Shown piece by piece: positions 49,141 to 61,091 of a stretch of 64,000 nucleotides of DNA (positions within the stretch are counted from its first letter, which is position 1; each line of letters opens with the position of its first letter). The DNA comes from Centroscyllium fabricii. Taxonomy: Eukaryota. The notes under the pieces were generated by a model. It had not been told where the DNA came from and made no database searches. It worked only from the letters and a program-made list of their open reading frames with translations. Where the stretch lies: positions 290,160,001-290,224,000 of the forward strand of contig JBNRSN020000005.1 of NCBI GenBank assembly GCA_051313645.2, in the 5' to 3' direction. A program made the translations under genes and the position numbers.

Positions 49141-50149
49141 TTTTTCTGAATAGTATGTATAGACAGAGGATACAAAAAAATTACGTTTCTGAAGAGTGTT
49201 ATTGTACTTCGATATGTGCAGTCACATCCACAGTAATTATGTGCACATTTGTTTAGCTTTTAAAAAGACATACTTGCATTTATATAGCGCCCAAAGCCTA
49301 AATACTTTTTTGAAGTGTTATCACTGTTATAATGCAGGAAATGCAGAAGCCAATTTGCTCACAGCAAACTCCCACAAACGGCAATGTGATAACGACTAGA
49401 TGATGTTTTAGTGACGTTGATTTAAGGATAAATATTGGACAGCACACGGGATAACTCCCCTGCTCTTCTTCGGAATAATGCCTCGGAATCTTTTACGCCC
49501 GAGGGGGCAGATGGGGCCTCAGTTTAACGCCTCATCCAAAAGACGGCACCTCCGCCAGTGCAGAAGCTCTCTCAGTACCGCACCGGTAGCCAGCCTAGAC
49601 TTCTGTGCTCAAATCTCTGGAGGGAGACTTGATCCCACAGCCTTCTGACTCAGGGCGGTGGGAGTGCTGCCCATTGAACCAGGGCTGATATTTACAGTGT
49701 ATGTGTGCAACTGTTAAAAAGACAGGCTTCTTAAAAAAAAATGTTGCTGGGCTGTGCAACCTACATTTTTCGCCCTGGCTACTTTGTGCTGTACTCCCAC
49801 CACCCTGTGTTGTCCCCAGATTAAGGTTTAGAAATTTAGGTCACCCTAGTGTCCTGGCCAATATTTATCCCACAACATAACAAAAAACTAGATTATCTGG
49901 TCATTATCACAGTGCTGTTTGTGTGAGCTTGCTGTGCACAAATTGACTGCCACATTTCCTACGTTACAACAGTGACCACACTGAAAAAGTACCTCATTGG
50001 CTGTAAAGCGGTTTGATCCGTCAGGCGGTCGTGAAAGGCGCTATATAAATGTAAGTCTTTTTCTACTTCTTCGTGTTCATGTCTCCCAACCTAGTGTGTT
50101 TAACTCTCCCCTCCACCCACCCTCACGCATCCTTATGAGTGTCTCTTCG

Positions 50150-51465
50150 CACTCTAACCTACCCACTCTAACCTATCCTAACCCACTCTCTTCCCACTCT
50201 AACCTATCCTAACCCACTCTCTTCCCACTCTAACCTATCCTAACCCACTCTCTCCTATCCTAACCCACTCTCTGCCCACTCTGAGCTATCCTAACCCAAT
50301 CTCTGCCCATTCTGAGCTATCCTAACCCAATCTCTGCCCATTCTGAGCTATCCTAACCCAATCTCTACCCACTCTTGAGCTATCCTCACCCAATCTCTGC
50401 CCACTCGGAGCTATCCTAACCCAATCTCTGCCCACTCTAACCTATCCTAACCCAATCTCTACCCATTCTGAGCTATCCTAACCCAATCTCTGCCCACTGA
50501 GCTATCCTAACCCAATCTCTACCCACTGAGCTATCCTAACCCAATCTCTGCCCACTCTAACCTATCCTAACCCAATCTCTGCCCACTCTAACCTATCCCA
50601 ACCCACTCTCTGCCCACTTTGAGCTATCCTAACCCAATCTCTGCCCACTCTAACCTATCCTAACCCAATCTCTGCCCACTCTAACCTATCCCAACCCACT
50701 CTCTGCCCACTTTGAGCTATCCTAACCCAATCTCTGCCCACTCTTACCTATCCCAACCCAATCTCTGCCCACTCTAACCTATCCTAACCCACTTTGAGCT
50801 ATCCTAACCCAATCACTGCCCACTCTAACCTATCCTAACCCACTCTGAGCTATCCTAACCCAATCACTGCCCACTCTAACCTATCCTAACCCACTCTGAG
50901 CTATCCTAACCCAATCTCTGCCCACTCTAACCTATCCTAACCCACTCTCTGCCCACTCTAACCTATCCTAACCCAATCTCTACCCACTCTGAGCTATCCT
51001 AACCCAATCTCTGCCCACTCTAAACTATCCCAACCCAATCTCTGCCCACTTTGAGCTATCCTAACCCACTCTGAGCTATCCTAACCCAATCTCTGCCCAC
51101 TCTAACCTATCCTAACCCACTGTCTACCCACTCTAACCTATCCTAACCCAATCTCTACCCACTCTGAGCTATCCTAACCCAATCTCTGCCCACTCTGAGC
51201 TATCCTAACCCAATCTCTGCCCACTCTAACCTATCCCAACCCAATCTCTGCCCACTTTGAGCTATCCTAACCCACTCTGAGCTATCCTAACCCAATCTCT
51301 GCCCACTCTAACCTATCCTAACCCAATCTCTGCCCACTTTGAGCTATCCTAACCCACTCTCTGCCCACTCTAACCTATCCTAACCCACTCTGAGCTATCC
51401 TAACCCACTCTGAGCTATCTTAACCCACTCTCTGCCCATTCTGAGCTATCCTAACCCACTCTATC
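50150..51465. repeat. 31-bp minisatellite, copy 2 (longer, different variant order)
   Basis: Same unit as 41000-41905. Confidence 0.95.
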
Positions 51466-51982
51466 CCGGGTGCCTCTTTCTCTCTCAGGCCCACGTGTAC
51501 CCGGAGTCTGGCGGGGCCGCGCTCGCGCTGCTTTTGCTAGTTGATCGCGCGGCCCCGCGAGGGGTGGCGGTTGAGCGGCCTCGGTCAGCGCCTCACCTCG
51601 TGCACCACCTCCTCCTCCTCCTCAGAGGCCCCGCTGCTCTCCTCCGACTCTTCCCCCGACTCGCTCTGCTTCGACACCTCCAGCGCCCGTCGCTTCGTGC
51701 AAGACGCCATCTTCCAGCGCGCGATCGTCACCGGAAGTGGGGTCTTCCCCGCAGCCTCCCGTTTGCGGAGCGCGAAATTGCCGCAGCGAAACCCTCAACC
51801 TGTCCCGTTGCCACTGAACATGGATCTTTTATGCGAACGAACTCGCGATTATTAATTACTTTGATTTATTGTTCCATTTTGGGGGACAATTGCGATTTGG
51901 AGCAAACCGCGAACTTCGACCCCGAACAGAAGCAGCGGCCTCGCGAGATCCTGCAGCTGGAGACGTCATTGGCCCGAGGACA
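51465..51982. promoter_or_regulatory. CpG-island bidirectional BCCIP/UROS promoter, copy 2, with probable non-coding UROS exon 1 ending at 51982
   Basis: Near-identical duplicate of 41905-42421 with the same motifs and donor. Confidence 0.75.
51597..51710 (-). CDS. BCCIP: BCCIP exon 1 coding part, distal duplicate (intact)
   Basis: Same 38 codons and GT donor as 42036-42149, offset by 9561 bp. Confidence 0.75.
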
Positions 51983-54474
51983 GTGAGTGAGAGAGAAACA
52001 GAGTGAGAGAGAAACAGAGTGAGTGAGTGAGAAAGAGTGAGTGAGTGACAGAGTGAGAGAGAGACAGAGTGAGAGAGAGACAGAGTGAGTGAGAGAGTGA
52101 GTGTGAGAGTGAGAGAGTGACAGAGTGAGAGAGAGTGACAGAGTGAGTGAGTGACAGAGTGAGAGAGAGTGAGTGACAGAGTGAGTGAGAGAGAGAGAGT
52201 GACAGAGTGAGTGAGAGAGAGAGACAGAGTGAGTGAGTGAGAGAGTGAGTGAGTGAGAGAGAGTGAGTGACAGAGTGAGAGACAGAGTGAGAGAGAGACA
52301 GAATGAGTGAGAAAGACAGTGAGTGAGAAAGAGAGTGTGAGCAGGTCAGTGAGTGAGTGAGAGGGTCAGTGAGTGAGAAACACTCAGTGACAAACAATGA
52401 GTGACATACCTATAGAGTGGCAGTGTCAATGAGTGATAAACATACAGTGGCACAGAAACAATGAGAGACAGATACATATAGAGTGACAAAGAAACAATAA
52501 TGACAGTTACTTATAGAATGACAGAGATGCAGAGTGACTGAGACAGTTAATGACAAACATACAATGACACAGAAACACTGACTGACAGACACATACAGAG
52601 TAACAACATCATTGTGAGTGACGTATACCTGTATACAGAATGACAAAAGGTGTGACATACAGAATGATGTAGGAACAAAGTGTGAGTGAAATGTACACTG
52701 ACCCACAAACAGATACATGCAGAATGATACCGAGTGAATGAGCGGTACATACTGAGTGAGTGGCCAATACACAAGAGTGGCACAAGGACACAAACAGTGT
52801 GAATGTCAGCTACATACATACTGAGTGACAGTTACATACTGAATGACAGGTGCATGCAGAATTACACCGGGACAAATAAATAGTGTGATTGACATACACA
52901 GTATGAAATACTCTGACTGATGTGGATACATATACACAATTTGTATGAAACAGACAAAGTTATAGAAACACTTAGAAGTGACATTGAGTAGCACGGAGAC
53001 TTAAATACTGCTAATGAGCACCAGAAACATAGATATTCATACACACAGAGTGAATCACAGATGGAAACATTGAGATACAGTAATGTTGTCTTTCATTCAG
53101 GATCTGAATCACTCAGACAGTGACTACATGCACCACATTTACATGTTTAGACAGTGAACTGGACTGGTTCGATGTAGTCCTTCAGCATATATACAAAACA
53201 AATTAGGGTTCTTGGAGTACAAATGACATTGGAGAGCCAGTAAGTTTATATTTACTGGAGCAAATTAGAGACCTGCATATCAGGAGTCATCCGTATTAAA
53301 GTAATTTAAAAGGGCCTTTTGTGACAGACATGGATAGAAATGCACACGATGAATAAGAATCAGAGGCATTGGGTCAATAATGTGGTCCTGGCATTATTGC
53401 TGCTCCAAGGTGAACCTGAACCAAAATGAGCTGACCTCGTACCAGAATGCAAGGTCAGCTTATTTAAATATTTCAGTGGCACTCCAGGTACAGAGCAGGC
53501 ACTGCATTGGGAACATGTCAGGAAGGAGCTGGGTGGCAGCTGGAATGTTAACCACCATCAGCCAATGAAGGGCTGCTAGCTGCCCAAACATTGCTGCTGT
53601 TTTTTTGTTGTTGGATAGGCTGGGAACTTAAGCCTCCTTGTTGCAGCAAGTCACTTAAGCTGGGAAAAAAATCAGAATAAATATTAGGCAGAGTGCCACC
53701 AGGATGTAAAATATACCCCCCCCCCCCCTCCAAAAAAATTTTTTTTTCCCCTGAACTGCCGGTACCAAATGAGCACTTAATGGGGGGGATTTTCATGTCC
53801 CCGTGAGGCAGGGTTTTGGGCAGCCCGGCCGGCAAAATAGCGGAACTGATGGATCCCGCCCCTCCCCACCGTATCCCCACCGCTTTCTCATTTTCCCCCG
53901 CCCAGATTCCCCACCCCGAAACCTTCCCGCCGCCGACTGGCGGGGATGTGTTGTCACCTCATTAAAGGCCCTTAATTGGCATCCTTAATGCCATTTTAAG
54001 GGCCCTCAGCCATTTTGCCGTGTTTTCCACCCTAATCCCGCCACCTTAAACCCCGCTGGGTGAAACCCAGCGGGAGCACAGCGCTGCTTCTAACTTTTGG
54101 ACTATAACCTGGTGTTGTGTGACTTCGTTAATTTATTACTTTCTCCTTTAAGGTGTGAAGGACATGCTGCCAAATGCTTGGCATGCCTCCAGCACCTTAG
54201 AGGAGATAGTAACTCCGTTCTGGCTTCAGCATCAGCTGTGAACAGAAATTGAGCAATCTCAGTTCTCACAATGTCCTCACAGCTGGTGCGAGCTGTGAGG
54301 GATTCGGAGCCCGCCCGCCTACCTGTCAGTCACCAGCACTTGGCCATTCCCATTGGCTCCACTCCACTGTGATGTCACAGTGGGGTGTTGCCATGGGAAC
54401 TGACAACAACCAGTACTGGAACTATCAATCAAAGTGCTCACCGCTCCGCTGCAGCCTGACTTGATTCACCTAAT

Positions 54475-55607
54475 AGAAACATAGAAACATAGAAGATAGG
54501 AGCAGGAGTAGGCCATTCGGCCCTTCGAGCCTGCTCCGCCATTCAATGAGATCATGGCTGATCATCCAAACCCAGCACCCCGCCCCTGCCCCGTCCCCCA
54601 TATCCCCCGATCCCTATCGAACCTGTACCGACACATATAAGAACATAAGAACATAAGAAATAGGAGCAGGAGTAGGCCAATCGGCCCCTCGAGCCTGCTC
54701 CGCCATTCAACAAGATCATGGCTGATCTGATCCTAATCTCAATTTTATTTTTACTCTCCACCCCGCCCAGACCAATGTGATCACCTGGGAGAGGTGAAAA
54801 ACCAGATTAAAAAAAAAAAAGTAGCCAATTTTGGAGAGAAAAAAAAAAAATCAGGAAAATTCCTCTCCGACCCATCTAGGCGATCGAAAACTGGTCCAGG
54901 AGATCACATGGCCGATCTGAACCTAGCCTCACGTCCACTTACCAGCCCGTTCACCATAACCCCTAATTCCCTTTAATTCCAGGAAACTGTCTATCTCAGT
55001 TTTAAATTTATTCAACGTAGTAGCTTCTACAGCTCTCTGGGGCAGCAATTTCCACAGCTGCACCACCCTCTGAGTAAAGAAGTTCCCCCTCATCTCAGTT
55101 TTGAAATGGGAGCCCCTTATTTTAAGATTATGCCCCCTAGTCCTAGTCTCACCCACCATTGGGGACATCCTCACCGCATCCACCCGATCAAGCCCTCTCA
55201 CAATCTTATATATTTCAATAAGATCGCCTCTCATTCTTCTGAACTCCAATGAGTAGAGGCCCAATCCACTCAGCCTCTCGTCATATGTTAGCCCCCTCAT
55301 CCCCGGAATTAACCTAGTGAATCTTCTCTGCACTGCCTCGAGAGCAAGTATGTCCTTTCTTAAATAGGGACACCAGAACTGCACGCAGTATTCCAGGTGA
55401 GGTCTCACCAATACCCTATACAACTGCAGCAAGACCTCCCTGCTTTTATACTCAATCCCCCTAGCAATAAAAGCCAACATTCCGTTGGCCTTCCTTACCA
55501 CCTGCTGCACCTGGATATTAACTTTCTGTGTCCCCTGCACCAGGACCCCCAGATCCCTTTGCACTGAAGTACTTTCCAGTTCCTTTCCATTTAGATAATA
55601 ACTCGCT
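54475..55607 (-). mobile_element. Compound SINE-tail/CR1 insertion specific to duplication copy 2
   Basis: TSD CTAAT (54470-54474, 55608-55612); CR1 ORF 54929-55600; absent at about 47615 in copy 1. Confidence 0.88.
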
Positions 55608-56677
55608 CTAATTACCTCCCGCTCCCGCCGACGGAGATTTAACAACTGCATTAACCTAAAATTACGTGGGCTTCCCAGCTGGTTGGGTGGGCGGGACCGG
55701 AAGCCGCCCAGACCAATCCCCGCCAGGTTCCCGCCCTTCCGGAAAAATCCCCCCCAATAACTGGAACTTGCTCAAGCACTGCAGTCACCTTATGGGGAGG
55801 CCCTTAAAGAAGAAAATGTGGCACGTTAACGTGTTTGCACTCATTTTAGGAGCTTAATAAGCTTTGCGCATGTTTTGTGTGCAGGCGTCCAACATGCTTC
55901 GTGCTTGTTGGCCACACTATGGTATGCATGGCGAATCGAATGCATAGCAGCCTCTAAACGCAGTAATATAGGCACCTGGCATTGCATTATCAAGCACATT
56001 GAAACATGGTGTGTATTAGGAGTTGAGAGAGAAACATAAAAGCACTGTGATAAGGGACATAAACTCAAGATATACAATATTTGAAGAAAGTGACAACAGA
56101 TAGTGATGTAAATAGTCTCACAGAAAAAGCGCACACAGTAAGTGAAGAGAAACAGTGAGGAAGGAACAAAGCCACAGCCAGGTACACAGATTGATGAGAG
56201 GACAGAGAGAAATACACACACAGAAAATGAGAGAGTAATTGTGCGAGGTATAGAAAAAGGATAGGCAAGGAAGTGTGAAAGCAAGGTGAAAAGGTGTGAG
56301 AAACCTAAAGTAAGAAACACACTTTAAATTTCTTTATATACAAACTTGAGCCCCAATAGCTCAGTGAGTGAATGCATTGCATAGCAATACAGATGAGAAA
56401 AGTTCAAGATTCAATCTCCAGTCTGTGATGCATTAGCGATCTCAGTCAAGATAGGACTGAATGTGTTACCAATGGCCTCCGTACTCCTATGCTAGGGAAG
56501 TGAAAAATTAGCCATGGATAACAGAGTTATGTAGCACAAGATTTGCCCCAAAAAAGCATATCTTAATGAAGGGAATATCATAGCTTCACTCCATTGACAA
56601 TGATACATAAGAAATAAGAGCAGGAGTAGGCCATTCGGCCCCTCGAGTCTGCTCCATCATTCAACAAGATCATGGCA

Positions 56678-57650
56678 GTCCCATTGAGCTAGTCAGTGGA
56701 GGAGAGACATTGGAGGTGGCTGGTGTCAAAGGCTGCAGACAGCTCGAGAAGGATGAGGAGGGACAATTTACCACGGTCACAATCACATGGAATGTCATTT
56801 CTCACTCTGATTAAGCTATTTCAGTGCTGTAGTGGGGCGGAAACCTGATTTGGAGAGGTTCACACATGGAGATACGGGAAAGATTGGCACCGATTTGGAA
56901 GGCGACAACACGTTCAAGGAATCTGTAGAGTAAAGAGAGGTTGTCGATGTGGCGGTAGTTTGCAATGACATTGGGGTCAAGGCTGGATTTTTTGAGAGTT
57001 GCGGGGGAGGGGCGGGGGGTGATGACGGCCGATTTGAGAGTGCAGTACCAGAGGAGAGGGAACCATTTACAATATCAGCTAGCATATGAGGGCCAAGAAG
57101 GAAAGCTCAGTGGAAATAGAGTTGAGGGAGCAGGTGGTGGGTTTCATGGACAAGATGAGCTCAGAGAGGGAATGAGGGGAGAAAGGTTAGAAACTAGAGA
57201 ATGATGCGAGTTCAGGGCTAGGGCAGAAGGGGACCTTGAGGGAAATTTGGCTCGGTGGGCTTGTGGAAGGTAGCATTGCGGCAGAAACAGCTGAACGGAT
57301 GGTCTCAATCTTACTGACAAAGAAGTCCATGAGATCCTCGCACTTGTTGGAGGTGAGGGTGGAGGGAGCAAAGAAGAGGGGCAAGGGTGGGATGGCAGTA
57401 TTAATAAGGAATTCTATCATAGCATTAGAATGTAAGAATGTTGAGGATTAGGAGAGAAAATGGCACAATTCTCACTGTGCTTTACAGACCACCAAACAAT
57501 AGAGAGGAAATGGAAGGGGAGATTTGTAAACTATTCAGGAAGATATATATGAATGATAGGACAATAATATTAAGTAATTTTTACTATTTCAAGATAGACT
57601 GGGGTAAAGGTGACCCGTATAGTGAAAGTGAGGAATGCTATTCAGAAACA
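56678..57650. mobile_element. L2-like (-) and CR1-endonuclease-like (+) fragments, present only in copy 2
   Basis: NKCEDLMDFFVSKIETIRSA (L2-like) and LTVLYRPPN...FYYFKIDW (APE-like); splits a CR1 tail that is intact in copy 1. Confidence 0.6.
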
Positions 57651-57654
57651 TCCA

Positions 57655-57995
57655 AGGCACGGTGGCACAGTGGTTAGCACTGTTGTCTCACAGCACTGGA
57701 GACCCGGGTTCAAATCCAGCCTCGGGTACTATCTGTGTGGAGTTTGCACATTCTCCCCGTGTCTGCGTGGGTTTCCTCCGGGTGCTCCGGTTTCCTCCCA
57801 CAGTCCAAAAATGTGCGGGTTAGGTTGATTGGCCATGATAAATTGACCCTTAGTGTTAGGGTGATTGAATATGTGGGGATGTGGGGATAGGGTGGGATAT
57901 GTGTCGATGCAGGCTTGATGGGGATATGGGGAGAGGGCAGGGGCGGGGTACTGGGTTTGGATGATCAGCTCCTAGCTTCTATGTTTCTATGTTTC
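57655..57995 (+). mobile_element. HE1-like V-SINE
   Basis: Head, B box, V core, partly deleted tail. Confidence 0.85.
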
Positions 57996-58004
57996 TGGCT
58001 GATC

Positions 58005-58630
58005 TACCTCATCTCCACTTTCCTGCACTATCCCCATATCCCTTGATTCCCTTAATATCCAAAAATCTATCGATCGCTCTCTTGAATATACTCAATGACT
58101 GGGCTTCCACAGCCCTCTGGGGTAGAGAATTCCAAAGATTCACCACCCTCTGAGTGAAGAAATGTTTCCTCATCTCAGTCCTAAATGGGCGACCCCTTAT
58201 TCTGAGACTGTGACCCCTGGTTCTGGACTCCCCAGCCAGGGGAAACATCCTCCCTGCATCTATCCTGTCAAACCCTGTAAGAACTTTGTATGTTTCAATG
58301 AGATCACCTCTCATTCTTCTAAACTCTACAGAATATAGGCCGAGTCTACTCAATCTCTCTTCATAGGACAATCTCCCATCCCAGGATTCAGTTTGGTGAA
58401 CCTTCGTTGCACTCCCTCTATGGCAAGTATATCCTTCCTTAGGTAAGGAGACCAAAACTGTACACAATACTCCAGGTGTGGTCTCACCAGGGCCCTATAT
58501 AATTGCAGTAAGACACCTTTACTCTTATACTCAAATCCTCTTGTAATAAAGGCCAACATACCATTTGCTTTCCTAATTGCTTGCTGTACCTGCATGTTAA
58601 CTTTCAGTGACTCGTGTACAAAGACACCCA
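58005..58630 (-). mobile_element. CR1-type LINE fragment
   Basis: KANGMLAFITRGFEYK...LVRPHLEYCVQFWSPYLRKD. Confidence 0.9.
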
Positions 58631-58830
58631 GGAAGATACTGTAAAAGGTTGGTTATGTTTTTAAGCAAAATTCATCTAACATAAGTATGAAATGCTAAGT
58701 TGTAGTACAGGGTAATATGATTCTAATATACACACATGCATTGTATAATTATTTCTTCAAACAGTTGCTTTTTTAGTAATGATAGACAGTCACCCCACTG
58801 AGTATCTGAAGCAAGATTTACTAGAAAGAT

Positions 58831-59653
58831 AGGCCAGAATTTCCTGTACACGCACGGAGGGGGTCCAAAATGCCCCGTGCGATCAACGCACGGGGGATGC
58901 CCACGGAACGGAGATTTCCAATGCTAAGGGAGAAGGGCCCTCAGCATCAAACGCAGGAGTGAGTTGCACCCAGAATTTGCAATCCAAAAGGGTGATTTTT
59001 GGTGAGTGATTCTGTGGGCAACTGGCCCACAAGCTGCACCCGGGAAAAACAGTAGTAAACTCGTGCGTGAGGGACAAGATTTAGTTACTAAAGCAGGTAA
59101 GTTAATTTTTTTACTTTAATTTAAATTTTTTACAGTTTTTGGGAGTAATGTGGCCAGATCGGTAGCGTTAAATTTTTAAGTAAATTTTTTTTTTTTTTAA
59201 TTACAAATCCGATTTTAAGTTAATTTACCTGTTTCAAATCGCTAATTTTTAAAGTTACATTTCTGAAATTTTTAACTATCTAGCTATTAAAAAATCTAAG
59301 AGGAAAAAATGACAGACTTACCTAGCGTTTCTTCCTCTGAGAAGCTGCTGTGCCCGCGCTGCTCCCCGCCGAGTCTGTGAATGCAGCTCCGCACGTCCCT
59401 GCTCTCACAAAGGTCCGACTCGGGATCTGTGCGCATTTTTTAATTTAAATTAGGGATCTGGGGGCGTTTTTTGTTTAAATTTGGGATCTGTGGGCGGGGC
59501 ATACACTGCGCACCTAGCGTGGCTGGACTGCCACGCAGTGCAGGAACGGGGAGGAAAGTCAGGGAGCAACTTCTGTGCGATGTTGGTGCGTGCGATAGGT
59601 GTCCGCAGGGTCCTAGCGCACACACCAACCTGCACAGATGAAATTCTGGCCCC
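58831..59653. mobile_element. Harbinger-like non-autonomous element
   Basis: TIRs GGCCAGAATTTC / GAAATTCTGGCC. Confidence 0.65.
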
Positions 59654-59655
59654 TG

Positions 59656-59862
59656 GAGGTGCCGGTGTTGGACTGGGGTGGACAAATGTAAGAAGTCACA
59701 CAACACCAGGTTATAGTCCAACAGTTTTATTTGAAATCACAAGCTTTCGGAGCGCTGCTCCTTCGTCAGGTGAAGTCACTTAACCTGACGAAGGAGCAGC
59801 GCTCTGAAAGCTTGTGATTTCAAATAAAACTGTTGGACTATAACCTGGTGTTGTGACTTCTT
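59656..59862. mobile_element. Penelope-like element terminal fragment in inverted (fold-back) arrangement
   Basis: About 85-bp inverted arms around a short spacer, each arm with a hammerhead motif; same family at 12318-12512, 9756-9840, 17253-17318 and 54097-54125. Confidence 0.65.
59737..59773 (-). ncRNA. Minimal type I hammerhead ribozyme motif in a Penelope-like fold-back
   Basis: Minus strand UCAC-CUGACGA-A-GGAGC-AGC-GCUCC-GAAA-GC-UU-GUGA: stem I UCAC/GUGA, stem II GGAGC/GCUCC, palindromic AGCU helix III. Confidence 0.75.
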
Positions 59863-60199
59863 ACTAGAAAGATAGACTGAGGCAGGCACTAACTGACCTG
59901 TTGTTCTCAGCAATGAAGGCATATCTTAAAAGACATTTGTTGAAATGGGTGGTTTACTGACTGCAGTGAAAATCTTGATGGTTTGAGTTCGACTGAGACC
60001 CTTAGATATTGTTATCCATTCCTTAAGAGAGGGCGTTGCTACAAAAGAAGACATCGACGTCTGACTATTTGGCACGCTGTTATCTTGTTACAATGAAATA
60101 TGGGTCTGTAAGTTTCAGTTTATAGTCTTGTGCTTCAAGCAGTTTAGTTACTTGTAATCCCATTCTGTTGATATTAGCAGTACGGATGAAGTGTGAGAA

Positions 60200-60262
60200 A
60201 TGAAAGTCCTTTTGCTTAAAGATCCCAAAGAAGGAGAATTGGGACTTGATCCATATGTTCAG
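60200..60262 (+). CDS. UROS: Uroporphyrinogen-III synthase, first coding exon (acceptor at 60180)
   Basis: MKVLLLKDPKEGELGLDPYVQ|gtgagt resembles the recalled UROS N-terminus MKVLLLKD...DPYI; synteny with BCCIP. Confidence 0.9.
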
Positions 60263-60595
60263 GTGAGTAGCCTGAAAAGTATTAATTTGGATAGTATTTT
60301 ATATCTCTATATCCCAGTTGTGTTTGTGTATAATGCCAATTAACTGGAGTCCTGAAACTACTGTTACAGAAGGATTGTTCATTCAATGTAACACAGATTT
60401 TATTGTAGAAGGTCAGCTTTTTGTTGATTATCTTGCATTAAAATATCTCGATTAGTCACTATGTATTTAATGTGATGTTGGAGTGGGCATTTTGATGAAA
60501 GATTTTACTTGACTAAGCTACAGGTATTATGCAATTTCATATGAAAAATTAGAATTTCTGTGATGTAATCTAATTTGGACTGTTTTTCTTATCAG

Positions 60596-60679
60596 GATTT
60601 TGCTTCACTTGGCCTTCAAGCAACTTTAATTCCTGTTTTATCATTTGAATTTATATCACTTCAAGACTTATCAAGGAAG
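60596..60679 (+). CDS. UROS: Uroporphyrinogen-III synthase, second coding exon; gene continues beyond the window
   Basis: cag|GAT TTT...AGG AAG|gtaaag; DFASLGLQATLIPVLSFEFISLQDLSRK. Confidence 0.9.
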
Positions 60680-61091
60680 GTAAAGAGGGCAATGAAAAAC
60701 TGAATGTTTTAAAATGATTAGCTGTATATTAGTTGTCAGATACTGAGATGATCTAGTGTATGTCCAGTAAGACATCCAAATTATAGCACAATAAATACTG
60801 ATGGCTTGTAGAATTTTACATTGCTTTTATAAATTTGAAAAGAAAGAAAGGATTATATTTTAATTGGCAGTGGAAATTGATGTTTTATGCAAGTAGATGC
60901 ATTATGCAAAAAGCAGAAAAACTGGAAAATCAAGATGATTAAATAAACATAAACTTATTTGAGAGAAAACAGTAAGAAACTCAGAAATATTTATAGTTGC
61001 AGTTTATTAAATCCATATCTTTGTATCATTTTTTCCAAAAGGATAAAGTTGCATAAATTTTTATTTTTGAATAATAAATGTTATTATGAAA

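Larger units (their letters stand above)
49140..58443. repeat. Tandem segmental duplication, copy 2
   Basis: Starts gtttttctgaatagtatg as at 39967; the CR1 that is cut off at 49140 in copy 1 continues past 58443 here. Confidence 0.92.

Noticed and set aside
50150-51465. Interstitial telomere
   Set aside because: Only isolated CCTAACCC per unit, never tandem (CCCTAA)n
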